From an uncultured bacterium (GTDB lineage: Bacteria; Planctomycetota; UBA1135; GCA-002686595): a DNA stretch of 64,000 nucleotides. Made by a program: the position numbers and the translations under genes. Shown here piece after piece: positions 28,869-40,386 of this stretch. The notes below the pieces were generated by a model that saw nothing but the letters and a program-made list of their open reading frames with translations, had not been told where the DNA came from and made no database searches. The stretch spans positions 1,184,001 to 1,248,000 of the forward strand of contig CALSNU010000001.1 of the NCBI GenBank assembly GCA_943787795.1, in the 5' to 3' direction. The first letter of the stretch is position 1; every line of letters begins with the position of its first letter.

Positions 28869-29584
28869 CAGGCGCTCCCCTCGACGCCCTCTTCAACGCC
28901 GCCGTTGTCAGCCGCCTCGGCGACCTCCTCGTGGGCCGTGTCTCCCGTGGAGCCGGCCCCGTCCGCGGGAGCCTCATCCGCGGGAGCCTCATCTGCAGGG
29001 GCCTCATCCGCAGGGGCATCGGGCGCTGCAGCGACTCGGACCTGAGCGAACCGGAGGACGGCCTCGCCGATGGTCCAGCCGCCGCGCACGACCTCGACGA
29101 TCGTGCCGGGCTCATGCTCGTCGGTCTCGACAGTGGAGACGGCCTGGTGCCGGCTGGGATCGAAGGCGCCCTCGGCGGTGACGGCCCTGACGTTCATCCT
29201 GTCGAACAGCGCCTGCAGCTGCTGGCGGGTCATCTCGACCCCGACCTTGAGGTTCTTGGCCTCCTCGCTGGTGACCTCGAAGGCGAGCGCCATGTCGAGG
29301 TAGTCGAGGATAGTGACGGCCTCACCGAGGACCTCCGACCGGGCGTTGGCCACGGCCGTGTCGATGTTGGTCTGCGCGTGGCGCCGGTGGTTCTGGAAGT
29401 CGGCCTGGAGCCGCATCCAGCGGTCCACGGCGTCGTCTCTCTCGCGGGCCAGCGTGAGCAGCGGATCCTCGTCCTCGACGACCTCCTCCACGGGGGCGTC
29501 TTGCGCCTCCGTGGAGGGCTCCTCGCTCGCGGGCTCTGCCTTCTTCTCGCTTCTCTTGCTCTTTCCGAATGCCATGGCGGTCAC
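28868..29584 (-). CDS. grpE: Nucleotide exchange factor GrpE (acidic APADE-repeat tail)
   Basis: RLQADFQNHRR, FDPSRHQAV, VLRFAQVRV; start GTG 29584 or ATG 29575. Confidence 0.93.
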   Translation of the reverse strand: MTAMAFGKSKRSEKKAEPASEEPSTEAQDAPVEEVVEDEDPLLTLARERDDAVDRWMRLQADFQNHRRHAQTNIDTAVANARSEVLGEAVTILDYLDMALAFEVTSEEAKNLKVGVEMTRQQLQALFDRMNVRAVTAEGAFDPSRHQAVSTVETDEHEPGTIVEVVRGGWTIGEAVLRFAQVRVAAAPDAPADEAPADEAPADEAPADGAGSTGDTAHEEVAEAADNGGVEEGVEGSA

Positions 29585-30708
29585 TTGAAGTACTCGGTGA
29601 CGCGATCGAAGAACGACTTACGGCCGCTCGTCTCCCGGTCAATCTCCTGGAACTCCTCGAGCAGCTCGCGCTGCCGGTCGGTGATCTTCTTGGGCACCTC
29701 GCAGAAGACTCGCACGAGCTGGTCCCCGCGGGCGCGGCTGTCCAGGCGAGGCAGCCCTTGGCCGCGAAGGCGGAAGACCTTGCCGCTCTGGGTGCCGGCG
29801 GGCACGGTCATTTCGACCTTGCCGCGCAGGGTGGGGATCTCGATCTTGTCCCCGAGCGCCAGCTGCGAGAAGGCGAAGGGGACCTCGGTCAGGACATCCG
29901 GCCCCGACCGCTGGAAGACGCGGTGCTCCTTCTCACGGATCACGCAGTAGAGGTCGCCTCGCGGGGAGCCGTTCGCTCCGGCGTCGCCCTCGCCGGTGAT
30001 GCGCAGCTGAACACCCTCCTCGACTCCCGCCGGGACCTGGATCTCGACCTCGGTGCGATCTTGGACGTTGCCGCTGCCGCTGCAGGACTGGCAGGGAGAC
30101 TCGATCACCTCTCCGGCCCCGCGGCAGGAGGGGCAGGGGGAGGCCATCTGGAAGAAGCCCGCGCTGCGGGTCACCTGGCCGCTGCCGTTGCACGTCGAGC
30201 AGCGCGACTTGCCGGTACCCTTGCGCGCGCCGGATCCCGAGCAGGTCCCGCAGCCGTCCATGCGCTTGAGCGCGACCGTCTTGGACACGCCCTCGTCGAT
30301 CTCTTCGAGGGTGAGGTCGAGGACAATGCGGAGGTCGCGGCCCCGCTGGGGCCCACGGCGCCGCCCGCCGCCGCCTCCGAACATGCTCCCGAAGCCGCCC
30401 GAGCCACCGAAGATGTCACCGAAGGCCGAGAAGATGTCATCGACGTTGGTGAAGCCGCCCGCTCCGGCCCCGGCCCCCTGATCGAAGGCCTGGTGCCCGA
30501 ACTGGTCGTATCGGGGCCGCTTCTCCGCGTCGCCCACGACGTCATAGGCCTCGGCCGCCTCCTTGAAGCTGGCCTCCGCGTCGGCGTCGTCGGGGTTCTG
30601 ATCGGGGTGGTACTTGAGGGCGAGCTTGCGGTACGCCTTCTTGATGTCACCTGCCGGAGCGTCCTTGGGGACGCCGAGCACCTCGTAGTAGTCGCGCTTC
30701 TGGCTCAT
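29581..30708 (-). CDS. dnaJ: Chaperone DnaJ
   Basis: J domain with HPD, G/F region, four CxxCxGxG repeats. Confidence 0.97.
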   Translation of the reverse strand: MSQKRDYYEVLGVPKDAPAGDIKKAYRKLALKYHPDQNPDDADAEASFKEAAEAYDVVGDAEKRPRYDQFGHQAFDQGAGAGAGGFTNVDDIFSAFGDIFGGSGGFGSMFGGGGGRRRGPQRGRDLRIVLDLTLEEIDEGVSKTVALKRMDGCGTCSGSGARKGTGKSRCSTCNGSGQVTRSAGFFQMASPCPSCRGAGEVIESPCQSCSGSGNVQDRTEVEIQVPAGVEEGVQLRITGEGDAGANGSPRGDLYCVIREKEHRVFQRSGPDVLTEVPFAFSQLALGDKIEIPTLRGKVEMTVPAGTQSGKVFRLRGQGLPRLDSRARGDQLVRVFCEVPKKITDRQRELLEEFQEIDRETSGRKSFFDRVTEYFK

Positions 30709-30758
30709 CGGGGCGATTCGGTCGGGGACGGCTGTGACTGGAGGCGGTGCAAATGGGA

Positions 30759-30796
30759 GCCGGGCGGCGGGACGGGAGTCCGTCCCGCCGCCCGGC
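30759..30796 (-). terminator. Perfect 17-bp GC stem-loop between the downstream groEL and dnaJ (terminator or stabiliser)
   Basis: GCCGGGCGGCGGGACGG-gagt-CCGTCCCGCCGCCCGGC; only a weak U-run. Confidence 0.65.
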
Positions 30797-30828
30797 GCTG
30801 AGGGTCGCGGCCGTGTGGCCGCGAGCGA

Positions 30829-32430
30829 TCAGGCGACCGACCCCTCGATGGAGTGATCGTTCTTGAGGTCCGTGATCATCGAGTCCGTCGTCAGGAGCAG
30901 GCCTGAGATTGACGCGGCGTTCTGCAGCGCGCTGCGCACCACCTTCGCCGGGTCAATGACGCCGGCCTTGAACATGTCCTCGTACTCGCCCGTGAGCGCG
31001 TTGTACCCCGTGGACTTGCCCTTCTCTCGGACCATCTCCGCGACGACCGAACCGTCGACGCCCGCGTTCTCGGCGATCTGCCGGATCGGGGCCTCGAGGG
31101 CGCGCTCGATGATGAGCGCGCCGAACTTCTCGTCGCCCTTGTAGCGGCCCTCGGCCACGGCAGAGGAGGCGCGCAACAGGGCGACTCCGCCGCCCGGCAC
31201 GATGCCCTCTTCGATGGCGGCACGGGTGGCATTGAGGGCGTCCTCGACGCGGTCCTTGCGCTCCTTCATCTCGGCCTCGGTCTTGCCGCCGACCTTGATG
31301 ACGGCGACGCCGCCGGTGAGCTTCGCGAGGCGCTCCTCGAGCTTCTCCTTGTCGTAGTCCGAGGTCGACTTCTCGATCTGGACCCGGATCTGAGCGGCGC
31401 GCTCGGAGACGGCCTTCTTCTTCCCGGAGCCCTGGATGATCGTGGTCGAGTCCTTGGAGACGACGACGCGGCTAGCGTGGCCGAAGTGCTCGGCGGTGAC
31501 GCTCTCCAGGGGCATCCCCAGCTCGTCCGTGATCGCGGTCCCGCCGGTGAGGGCGGCGATGTCCTCGAGGTACGACTTGCGACGCTCGCCGAAGCCGGGC
31601 GCCTTCACGGCGGCGACGTTGAGGACGTTCTTGAGGCGGTTGATGACGAGGGCCGTGAGGGCCTCGCCTTCGATGTCTTCAGCGATGATCAGCAGCGGCT
31701 TACCCGTGCGCATGGCGGCCTCGAGGGCAGGCACCAGCTCGCGGACCGTCGAGATCTTCTTGTTGCAAATGAAGATGTGGACGTCCTCGTACTCAGCGAC
31801 GAGCTTCGAGAGGTCCGTCGCGAAGTAAGGCGAGAGGTAGCCCTTGTCGAACTCCATTCCCTCGACGTGGTCGAGGAGGGTGTCGATGCCCTTGTTCTCC
31901 TCGACGGTGATCACGCCCTCATTGCCAACCTTGTCGAAGGCCTCGGCCAGGAGCTCACCCGTCTCGGGGTCGTTGTTCGCGGAGATCGTCGCGACAGCGG
32001 CCTTGTCGGCTTTCGACTTGATGTTCCGCGACTGGGATGCGATCGAGGCGACGGCGGCCTGGACGGCCTTGTCGATGCCGGACCGCAGGGCGATGGTGGA
32101 CACCCCCGTGGCGGCGTACTTGAGGCCCTCGTTGAAGATGGCCGAGGCGAGCACCGTCGCGGTGGTCGTGCCGTCACCGGCGATGTCGTTGGTCTTGTTG
32201 GCGACCTCGAGCACGAGCTTCGCGCCCATGTTCTCGAACGGATCAACGTGCTCGATTTCCTTGGCGACGGAGACGCCGTCCTTTGTCACGTGCGGGGAGC
32301 CGAAGCTCTTCTGCAGGATGACGTTTCGACCGGCGGGGCCGAGGGTGACGCGCACCGTCTTGGCGAGCTTCTCGATGCCCGCCTTCATCTTCTGACGAGC
32401 GGCGTCGTCGAACATGATTTGCTTGGCCAT
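30829..32430 (-). CDS. groL: Chaperonin GroEL, downstream paralog (no GGM tail)
   Basis: [41 protein letters not shown]. Confidence 0.97.
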   Translation of the reverse strand: MAKQIMFDDAARQKMKAGIEKLAKTVRVTLGPAGRNVILQKSFGSPHVTKDGVSVAKEIEHVDPFENMGAKLVLEVANKTNDIAGDGTTTATVLASAIFNEGLKYAATGVSTIALRSGIDKAVQAAVASIASQSRNIKSKADKAAVATISANNDPETGELLAEAFDKVGNEGVITVEENKGIDTLLDHVEGMEFDKGYLSPYFATDLSKLVAEYEDVHIFICNKKISTVRELVPALEAAMRTGKPLLIIAEDIEGEALTALVINRLKNVLNVAAVKAPGFGERRKSYLEDIAALTGGTAITDELGMPLESVTAEHFGHASRVVVSKDSTTIIQGSGKKKAVSERAAQIRVQIEKSTSDYDKEKLEERLAKLTGGVAVIKVGGKTEAEMKERKDRVEDALNATRAAIEEGIVPGGGVALLRASSAVAEGRYKGDEKFGALIIERALEAPIRQIAENAGVDGSVVAEMVREKGKSTGYNALTGEYEDMFKAGVIDPAKVVRSALQNAASISGLLLTTDSMITDLKNDHSIEGSVA

Positions 32431-32496
32431 TTGGTGTTCCTTCTTTGGTGTTGGTGATCTGTGTGTACGGGGGGGGAGTTGGGGAGGGGCGCGGGA

Positions 32497-34173
<1,677 letters not shown>

Positions 34174-34281
34174 GGGTGTCTGAGCTTTCTGTGTACGGGG
34201 AGTCGGGGAGCGGCACCGCGGAGCGCGGCGCGCGCGAGTTCGGGAGCCGGGGTGGGTACGCCCGGCCAGGGGAGGGCCGAG

Positions 34282-34297
34282 TGCAAAGGGCGTGCCG
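34282..34297 (-). promoter_or_regulatory. Sigma54 (-24/-12)-type promoter upstream of groEL
   Basis: minus strand CGGCACGCCCTTTGCA vs consensus TGGCACGNNNNTTGCW, about 110 bp upstream of the ATG. Confidence 0.7.
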
Positions 34298-34690
34298 AAC
34301 CCAGATGGGGCCGCTCTGGGCCTCTGGCGCTGCCGAAGTGGCAGGGCGCCCGCTCCGCCCACGGGGGCGCTGCCGATTTGACCGCTCCTGACTGCTTCTG
34401 CCCGCTCCTGACTGGGCCAGCGGTGCCTGGGCCCCGCTGGAGGCGGGAGCTGGGCCGTGATGGTGGGGGCGGCGCTGCTGATCTGGAAGGGCGGTCTGGG
34501 GGGGGCTGAGGACCCCGAGGCTCCAGGCTTGGGGCGGACGCGGATTGCCCCTTGGCTTCGGGTTGCCCCGAGCGGGTAGGTTGGGCCGCCCCCGAGCACC
34601 TGCTCGACAGGATTCCATGGCCAATCTCGCCCTGAAGCCCACTCCCGCGCGGTCACTGGCGCTCCGATGGCGTGACCCGGTGGTGTCCCC

Positions 34691-35536
34691 ATGAGCTCCG
34701 AGCGCGGAGAGGGCGGGTCCCCCGATCGGCCGGCCCCGGAGGTCTTGGGTGAGGAGGACCTGGCTGGGATCGCCGCGGAGAAGCTGCCCCATGAGGAGGA
34801 GCACCTCGCCGCGCTGGAGCGCATGGCCGGGCTGGAGCCTTACTACCGCTGGGTCGCGGAGCTCGCCGAGGCCATGAACGGAGGGCCGCTGGGGTCGCGG
34901 GTCCTCGACGCGGGGTGCGGCATCGGGAACTTCGTGGAGATCATGAGGCATCGAGCCGAGGAGGTGCTCGCCGTCGATCTCTCGCCCTTGAACGTGGCGG
35001 TCCTCGAGCGCCGCTTCGAGGGAGTGGCTGGCGTCGAGGTGCTCCAGACCGACCTGGACGCCCAGCGAGAGGAGCTCCGGGCGCGTGATGTGGAGGCCGT
35101 CGTATGCCTGGATGTCCTCGAACACATCCAGGACGATCTCTCGTTGCTGAGGAGCTTCGCGGGGATCCTGCCGCCTGGCGGGAGGCTCTTCATCAAGGTC
35201 CCCGCTCACCAGTGGCTCTTCGGGTCCGTGGACGTCGCCTCCGATCACCTGCGCCGCTACAGCCGCAGGGACCTCGTCTCCAGGGTGACGGAGGCGGGGT
35301 TCACGGTCCGCGCCGCTCGCTACATGAACCTCGCGGGCGTCGGCCCTTACCTCTTGAAGAGTCGCATCCTGCGTCGCGGCTCGACGTTCTCCAGCTCGTT
35401 CAACGAGCGGCAGCTGCGCTGGATCAAGCGCTCCATCGGCGCCTTCCGTGCGGTCGATCACCTCACGGGCTGGGCCGGGCCGGGCGGCGGCCCTCCGGTC
35501 GGGCAGTCCGTGGTCCTGCTCGCCACTCGGCCCTGA
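34691..35536 (+). CDS. Class I SAM-dependent methyltransferase
   Basis: VLDAGCGIG, VLEHI, VPAHQWLFG..D...DHLRRYS. Confidence 0.88.
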   Translation: MSSERGEGGSPDRPAPEVLGEEDLAGIAAEKLPHEEEHLAALERMAGLEPYYRWVAELAEAMNGGPLGSRVLDAGCGIGNFVEIMRHRAEEVLAVDLSPLNVAVLERRFEGVAGVEVLQTDLDAQREELRARDVEAVVCLDVLEHIQDDLSLLRSFAGILPPGGRLFIKVPAHQWLFGSVDVASDHLRRYSRRDLVSRVTEAGFTVRAARYMNLAGVGPYLLKSRILRRGSTFSSSFNERQLRWIKRSIGAFRAVDHLTGWAGPGGGPPVGQSVVLLATRP

Positions 35537-35601
35537 TCCGCCCGCGGACGGTCCAGGGCTCGACGGGTGCCATCGGGGCCGCGGCAGCCTACGATGACCC
35601 C

Positions 35602-36882
35602 ATGAATACGACCGAGGGCCCCTGTTTTCCCCTGCTCCTCGCGCTCCTCTTCTCTGCGCTACTGCCGACGACCGCCGTCGGCCAGGATCAGGACGACGCT
35701 GAACCCTCGGCGATCTCGGAGTCCGATCCGCGCGTGGTGCTGGAGGACCTCGCGGGTGAGCTGACCTACCGCGCCGTGGACGCGGCGCCGCTCAGGAGTC
35801 TCGTCGAGGCCGGAGCAGCGTTCGCTCGCTTCGAAGGACTCGCCCCCGTGGAGAGCGCTGGCCGCACCGCGGGTGCGAGCGTGGCCTCCCTCGGCCTGGC
35901 CGGCGGGGACCGCCTGCGGGCCGTGATCCGCGGCGGTGAGGGCGACGTCCTCGACGTCGAGCTCCGGCCAGGCGTGGTCGTGGCGCTCTCGGTGGACTCG
36001 ATCCGCTCCATCGTTCACCCCTCACGAATCCCGGACTCCGTCACGGAGAGCCCCGCGGCGGGGCCCCCTGAGGATGGCGACCGCCTCTATCTCGTCGCGG
36101 CCAACGGGCTCGATCGCGCGCAGGGGTTCGTCGAGTCGTTCTCCATGGAGGGCGTCGCCTTCTTCGACGAGCGGCTGGGCCAGCGCACCTACGCCTGGGA
36201 CCGGGTCGCCGCGCTCTTTGTCGCGCCCCTCGACGAGGGCGGTCCGGAGCCGTTGGAGAGCGAAGGCGCGGGGGAGCGGGTCGCGGTCACCCTCGTCGGA
36301 GGCGGCCGGATCAGCGGTGCTCTCGTTCAGCTCGGCCCGCCCGCCGAGGGCGTACAGCTTCGGATCGGCGGCGGCGCCCCGGTGCAGCTGCCAGGGTCCA
36401 TCGTCACCGAGGTCTCGCTGGATGACGGCTCGTTCCGGTTCCTTGGAGACGTGGTCCCCAGCGAGCGGGGGAGCTCGTCGCCCTTCGGCGATGAACTGGG
36501 ATTTGTCTGGCCCATGCGCGTGGACCGGAACTGCCGGGGCGGGCTGCTCTCTGTGGGAGGCGAGGTCTACGACCGCGGGCTCGGCGTCCACGCACCCAGC
36601 CGGGTCGCCTGGGACCTCGCGGGCGAGTGGTCGTCCATACGCCTGATGTGTGGGGTCGACGACTCTGGCCAGAGCGGCGCCCGTTCGGGGGCCGTGCGCT
36701 TCCGCGTCATCGGCGATGGGAAGACCCTCTGGGAGAGCGACGTGCTCCGGACGGGGTTGGCGGCCGCCAGGACGCCCTCCATCTCGCTCGAAGGCGTTCA
36801 GCAGCTCACCCTCGAAGTGGACCCCGCAGGCGACTTTGTGCTGGATCGGGCCAACTGGATACGACCCATGCTGCTTCGGTGA
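35602..36882 (+). CDS. Exported NPCBM/NEW2 domain protein
   Basis: signal peptide; C-terminal RGLGVHAPS, GVDD, FRVIGDGKTLWES, ANW. Confidence 0.85.
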   Translation: MNTTEGPCFPLLLALLFSALLPTTAVGQDQDDAEPSAISESDPRVVLEDLAGELTYRAVDAAPLRSLVEAGAAFARFEGLAPVESAGRTAGASVASLGLAGGDRLRAVIRGGEGDVLDVELRPGVVVALSVDSIRSIVHPSRIPDSVTESPAAGPPEDGDRLYLVAANGLDRAQGFVESFSMEGVAFFDERLGQRTYAWDRVAALFVAPLDEGGPEPLESEGAGERVAVTLVGGGRISGALVQLGPPAEGVQLRIGGGAPVQLPGSIVTEVSLDDGSFRFLGDVVPSERGSSSPFGDELGFVWPMRVDRNCRGGLLSVGGEVYDRGLGVHAPSRVAWDLAGEWSSIRLMCGVDDSGQSGARSGAVRFRVIGDGKTLWESDVLRTGLAAARTPSISLEGVQQLTLEVDPAGDFVLDRANWIRPMLLR

Positions 36883-36941
36883 GCTTACCGAGCCGGCGCG
36901 CGGACGGGCCCACGCCTCGGCGTGGACCGTCAGCGGGGTCT

Positions 36942-36995
36942 CGGCAAACTCAGGAACCCCGGCAGAATCAGGATCCCCGGCAAGAATCAGGATCC
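36942..36995. repeat. 18-bp degenerate tandem repeat CGGCA.AATCAGGATCCC x3 overlapping the GGDEF gene stop
   Basis: read directly. Confidence 0.75.
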
Positions 36996-37979
36996 GACGG
37001 CGGCGGCCTCGTGGTTGTCGTCTGTCCCGAGGCTGCGGAAGTAGACGCCCTGATTTCCCCCGCGCCTCTTGGCCGCGTGAAGGGCTTGCTCGGCGTGGAG
37101 GCGGAGCTCTTCGAGGGTCCCGAGATCCCCGCCGTCGTATGTCTCGAAGCCAAGGCTCGCGGAGACCCGAATCGAGCGACGCGGGTCGCCGCGGCGCTGA
37201 TCGACGTAGGGGCGTAGGCCGGAGGGAGGGCCGCTGAGCCCGCGAATGCGGGCCGCGAGCCTGGCCACCACCCGGGCCGCGTCGACCCTCGACGTGAAGG
37301 GCAGGATGAGCGCGAATTCGTCGCCGCCCAGGCGCCCGCCGATGTCCTCCTCACGCAGGCTGGTCCGGATGGTCTCCCCCGCCCGGGAGATGACCTCGTC
37401 GCCGACCGTGTGATCGAAGTCCTTGTTCACGCGACCGAAGTCGTCGAGGTCGATGAGGATCAGGGCCAGCTCGAGCCGGTGTCGCTGCGTCGCTGAGAAG
37501 TGCTCGCGCAGCCGCTCCCCGAAGGGCCGGGGGCGAAGCAGCCCGGTGAGGTCGTCGTGCGAGGCCTGGTAGCGGGCCTTGTCCAGCTGGTGGAGCACAT
37601 CAGCTCGCTCCAGGAGCTGCTCGGCACGGAGCAGGAACTCCTCCACCGGGGCATCGGCGCGCACAAGATCCCAGGGGATGCCCCTGATGGACCGGCCGGC
37701 GATGATGGCCGACATGGCGTCCTCGTCGTCGATGACGAGCAGCAGGGGGATCGGACGGGGCCGGGCGAGAGCCTGCGGCAGCTGGTCGCGGGCGAGGCCC
37801 TCCAGCTGATCGCGCTCGAGGATCAGGAGCTCCACCTCGCCGCGCTCGATCAGGTTGAGCGTGGTCTCTGGCGTCGAGCTCGGGACCAGCTCCAGCCCCA
37901 GGGCCTCGAGCGGGCGCAGGGCCTCGCGGAGTCCTGAGGCGCCGTGGTCGGCGATGAGCAGGCGGGTGGGGAGGGTCAC
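36987..37979 (-). CDS. Diguanylate cyclase (GGDEF) with N-terminal receiver-like domain
   Basis: DDLTGL, DLDDFGRVN, REED I-site, RLGGDEF; start uncertain (GTG 37979 or ATG 38036). Confidence 0.88.
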   Translation of the reverse strand: MTLPTRLLIADHGASGLREALRPLEALGLELVPSSTPETTLNLIERGEVELLILERDQLEGLARDQLPQALARPRPIPLLLVIDDEDAMSAIIAGRSIRGIPWDLVRADAPVEEFLLRAEQLLERADVLHQLDKARYQASHDDLTGLLRPRPFGERLREHFSATQRHRLELALILIDLDDFGRVNKDFDHTVGDEVISRAGETIRTSLREEDIGGRLGGDEFALILPFTSRVDAARVVARLAARIRGLSGPPSGLRPYVDQRRGDPRRSIRVSASLGFETYDGGDLGTLEELRLHAEQALHAAKRRGGNQGVYFRSLGTDDNHEAAAVGS

Positions 37980-38042
37980 GGTGAGGGTGGGGCGGAGGCG
38001 GCGACTGGCCAGCCTCTCCACCCTATGACAACGCATTGTAGC

Positions 38043-38099
38043 CCCGATCCCCTGGCTTGCCCGATCCCCTGGCTTGACGGGCTCCTGGCTTGACGGGTC
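38043..38099. repeat. 16-17-bp tandem repeat (CCCGATCC)CCTGGCTTG x3
   Basis: read directly. Confidence 0.8.
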
Positions 38100-38230
38100 T
38101 CCGGGGGGGACACCCCCCTCGAGGCCTGGATCTTGGAAAGCTGGACTTTCAGGGGCCCCCCCGTACACTCTTCCGCTCATTTCCGGCCGTCTCGTTTGGC
38201 GACCGGGCTTCCCCCTGTTTCGAGGACCCC

Positions 38231-39196
38231 ATGAGTAATATCAACGCACAGAAGCTGATCGAAGCTGGCGTGCACTTTGGATGCCGCGTGTCGCGGTGGA
38301 ATCCGAAGATGGCCCCCTACATCCACGGCCGTCGCGGAATGATCCACGTGATCGATCTGCGCGAGACCGTCAAAGGCCTTCTCCGAGCCCAGAACCTGCT
38401 GTTCCAGATCGCGTCAGAGGGCCAGACGGTCCTGTGGGTCGGAACCAAGCGTCAGGTCAAGGGCGTGATCGAGGACGCTGGTCAGCGCACCGGCATGCCG
38501 ATCGTCACCGAGCGTTGGATCGGCGGCACGCTGACCAACTTCAGCGTCATCCGCAGCCGACTGAAGCGCCTCGCCCAGCTCGAGGCCATCGACGAGAAGG
38601 CCATCGAGCAGCAGAAGCTCACCAAGAAGGAGGTCGCGCAGATCAACCGCGAGCTCCGGAAGATCACCCGTAACCTGGGCGGCATCCGCGAGATGGATCG
38701 CATGCCCGGTGCGATGGTCGTCGTCGACCCCTCCCGCGAAGGGAACGCCATCCGCGAGGCCCGCAAGATGGGCATCGTCGTGATCGGCCTCCTGGACACC
38801 GACTGCGACCCGAACGACGTGGACATCGTCATCCCGGGTAACGATGACGCGCTCAAGTCGGTGCGTCTGCTCGTCGAGGAGCTCGTGGACTCGGTCGAGG
38901 CTGGCGCCCACCAGCACACCGACAACATGCAGGCCGTCGGCTCCGCCGAGCGCAGCTCCGACGAGGAGACGATCCCCGGCGACGAGGTTCGTCCGACCAC
39001 CGGGAACACGCTCCCCGAGCCCATCGGGAAGACGGCTGAAGCCGCGGCACCCGCCGCAGCTGAGCCCGCCGCAGCTGAGCCCGCCGCAGCTGCTCCGGCT
39101 GCTGCTGCCCCGGCTCCGGCTCCGGCTCCGGCCGCGGAAGCCGCTCCGGCGGCCCCGGCCGCCGATGGCGCCCCCGAGGCGCCCGCAGCCGAGTGA
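38231..39196 (+). CDS. rpsB: 30S ribosomal protein uS2 with long acidic/Ala-Pro tail
   Basis: AGVHFG, WNPKMAPYI, RWIGGTLTNF, PGNDDA. Confidence 0.97.
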   Translation: MSNINAQKLIEAGVHFGCRVSRWNPKMAPYIHGRRGMIHVIDLRETVKGLLRAQNLLFQIASEGQTVLWVGTKRQVKGVIEDAGQRTGMPIVTERWIGGTLTNFSVIRSRLKRLAQLEAIDEKAIEQQKLTKKEVAQINRELRKITRNLGGIREMDRMPGAMVVVDPSREGNAIREARKMGIVVIGLLDTDCDPNDVDIVIPGNDDALKSVRLLVEELVDSVEAGAHQHTDNMQAVGSAERSSDEETIPGDEVRPTTGNTLPEPIGKTAEAAAPAAAEPAAAEPAAAAPAAAAPAPAPAPAAEAAPAAPAADGAPEAPAAE

Positions 39197-39361
39197 CGAC
39201 CGGGCGCGGGGGGAGACCTCCCGCGCCTCCAACTCTTCACCCGTCGCGCACTCGCGCGGCGGGTGCTTCTTCAAACTCCTCGCGACCAGCGAGGTCCTGC
39301 GGGCCTCGCCCGCAACTCCACCCACCATGCGGCGCTCATGGCGCCCAACCTCAACCCACCG

Positions 39362-40207
39362 ATGGCTGAGATCACCGCCCAACTGGTTCGGCAACTCCGC
39401 GAGATGAGCGGCGCCGGGATGATGGAGTGCAAGAAAGCACTCAAGGCAACCGACGGCGACCCCGAGGCCGCGCTCGACGAACTCCGCAAGGCGGGGCTCA
39501 AGTCGGCGGCCAAGAAGGTCGGTCGCGAGACCGCTGAGGGCCGCGTCGCCTTCAAGGTCAGCGATGACGGCAGCAAGGGCGCCATCGTCGCGCTCGCCTC
39601 CGAGACGGACTTCCTCGCGTCGACGCCGAACTTCGGCGAGTTCCTCGAGGCGCTCGTCCAGCACGCCTTTGACCACGAGCCCAAGTCCGTGGATGAGATG
39701 CTGACGCAGGCGTGGCACGCCGGCGGCACCGTCCAGGACGCGCTCACGGCCACGATCGGCGACCTGAAGGAGAACCTTCAGATCGTCGAGGCCTGCGCCT
39801 ACTCGACCGACGGCGGCCAGGTCGTCGCCTACGTGCACCACGACAACAAGAAGGGTGCTCTGGTCAACGTCACCACCGGCGGTGACGCGGCCAAGGCGGC
39901 GGACGTGCTGAAGCAGCTCTGCATGCACATCGTCGTCTTCAACCCCTCCGCCCTTGACGAGGGCAGCGTGCCCGCTGAGGACGTGGAGCGCGAGAAGGCG
40001 ATCATCAAGGACGGCCTCCAGGGCAAGCCCGAGGAGATCCAGGAGAAGATCATGGTCGGTCGTCTCCAGAAGTTCTTCGGTGAGCGGACCCTCGTCGGGC
40101 AGCCGTGGATCATGGACGACAAGACGTCTGTCTCGAAGGCGCTCGTCAAGGAGCTCGGTGACGGGACCAAGGTCGAGGGCTTCACGCGCTGCCAGCTCGG
40201 CAGCTGA
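39362..40207 (+). CDS. tsf: Elongation factor Ts
   Basis: LREMSGAGMMECKKAL, SETDF. Confidence 0.97.
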   Translation: MAEITAQLVRQLREMSGAGMMECKKALKATDGDPEAALDELRKAGLKSAAKKVGRETAEGRVAFKVSDDGSKGAIVALASETDFLASTPNFGEFLEALVQHAFDHEPKSVDEMLTQAWHAGGTVQDALTATIGDLKENLQIVEACAYSTDGGQVVAYVHHDNKKGALVNVTTGGDAAKAADVLKQLCMHIVVFNPSALDEGSVPAEDVEREKAIIKDGLQGKPEEIQEKIMVGRLQKFFGERTLVGQPWIMDDKTSVSKALVKELGDGTKVEGFTRCQLGS

Positions 40208-40224
40208 TCGAGCCGCGGTCTCCA

Positions 40225-40266
40225 GAGGAGGGGGCGCCCGCCGGGATCGGCGGGCGCCCCCTCCTC
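40225..40266 (+). terminator. Perfect 19-bp stem-loop after tsf
   Basis: GAGGAGGGGGCGCCCGCCG-ggat-CGGCGGGCGCCCCCTCCTC; no U-tract. Confidence 0.65.
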
Positions 40267-40386
40267 CGTTCCGCGGACCCTCGCGAACGGCGCTCTTTTC
40301 CGATCGGGAGGGGCGTTCGCCGGAGGGGAGGGGGCTAGACTGCCGCCAGCCCCCCGAGGAGCGCCGCCCGCGCTCTCCAAAAGCCC

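Noticed and set aside
34261..34287. CIRCE element upstream of groEL
   Set aside because: Only one arm (TTTGCACTC) resembles it and the second arm is absent; better explained as the sigma54 -12 box
34174..34824. 217-aa N-terminal extension of GroEL in the ORF track (likewise for trkA, frr, xseA, kinase, NPCBM)
   Set aside because: Open-frame run-up through intergenic DNA or neighbouring genes; homology begins at the later starts
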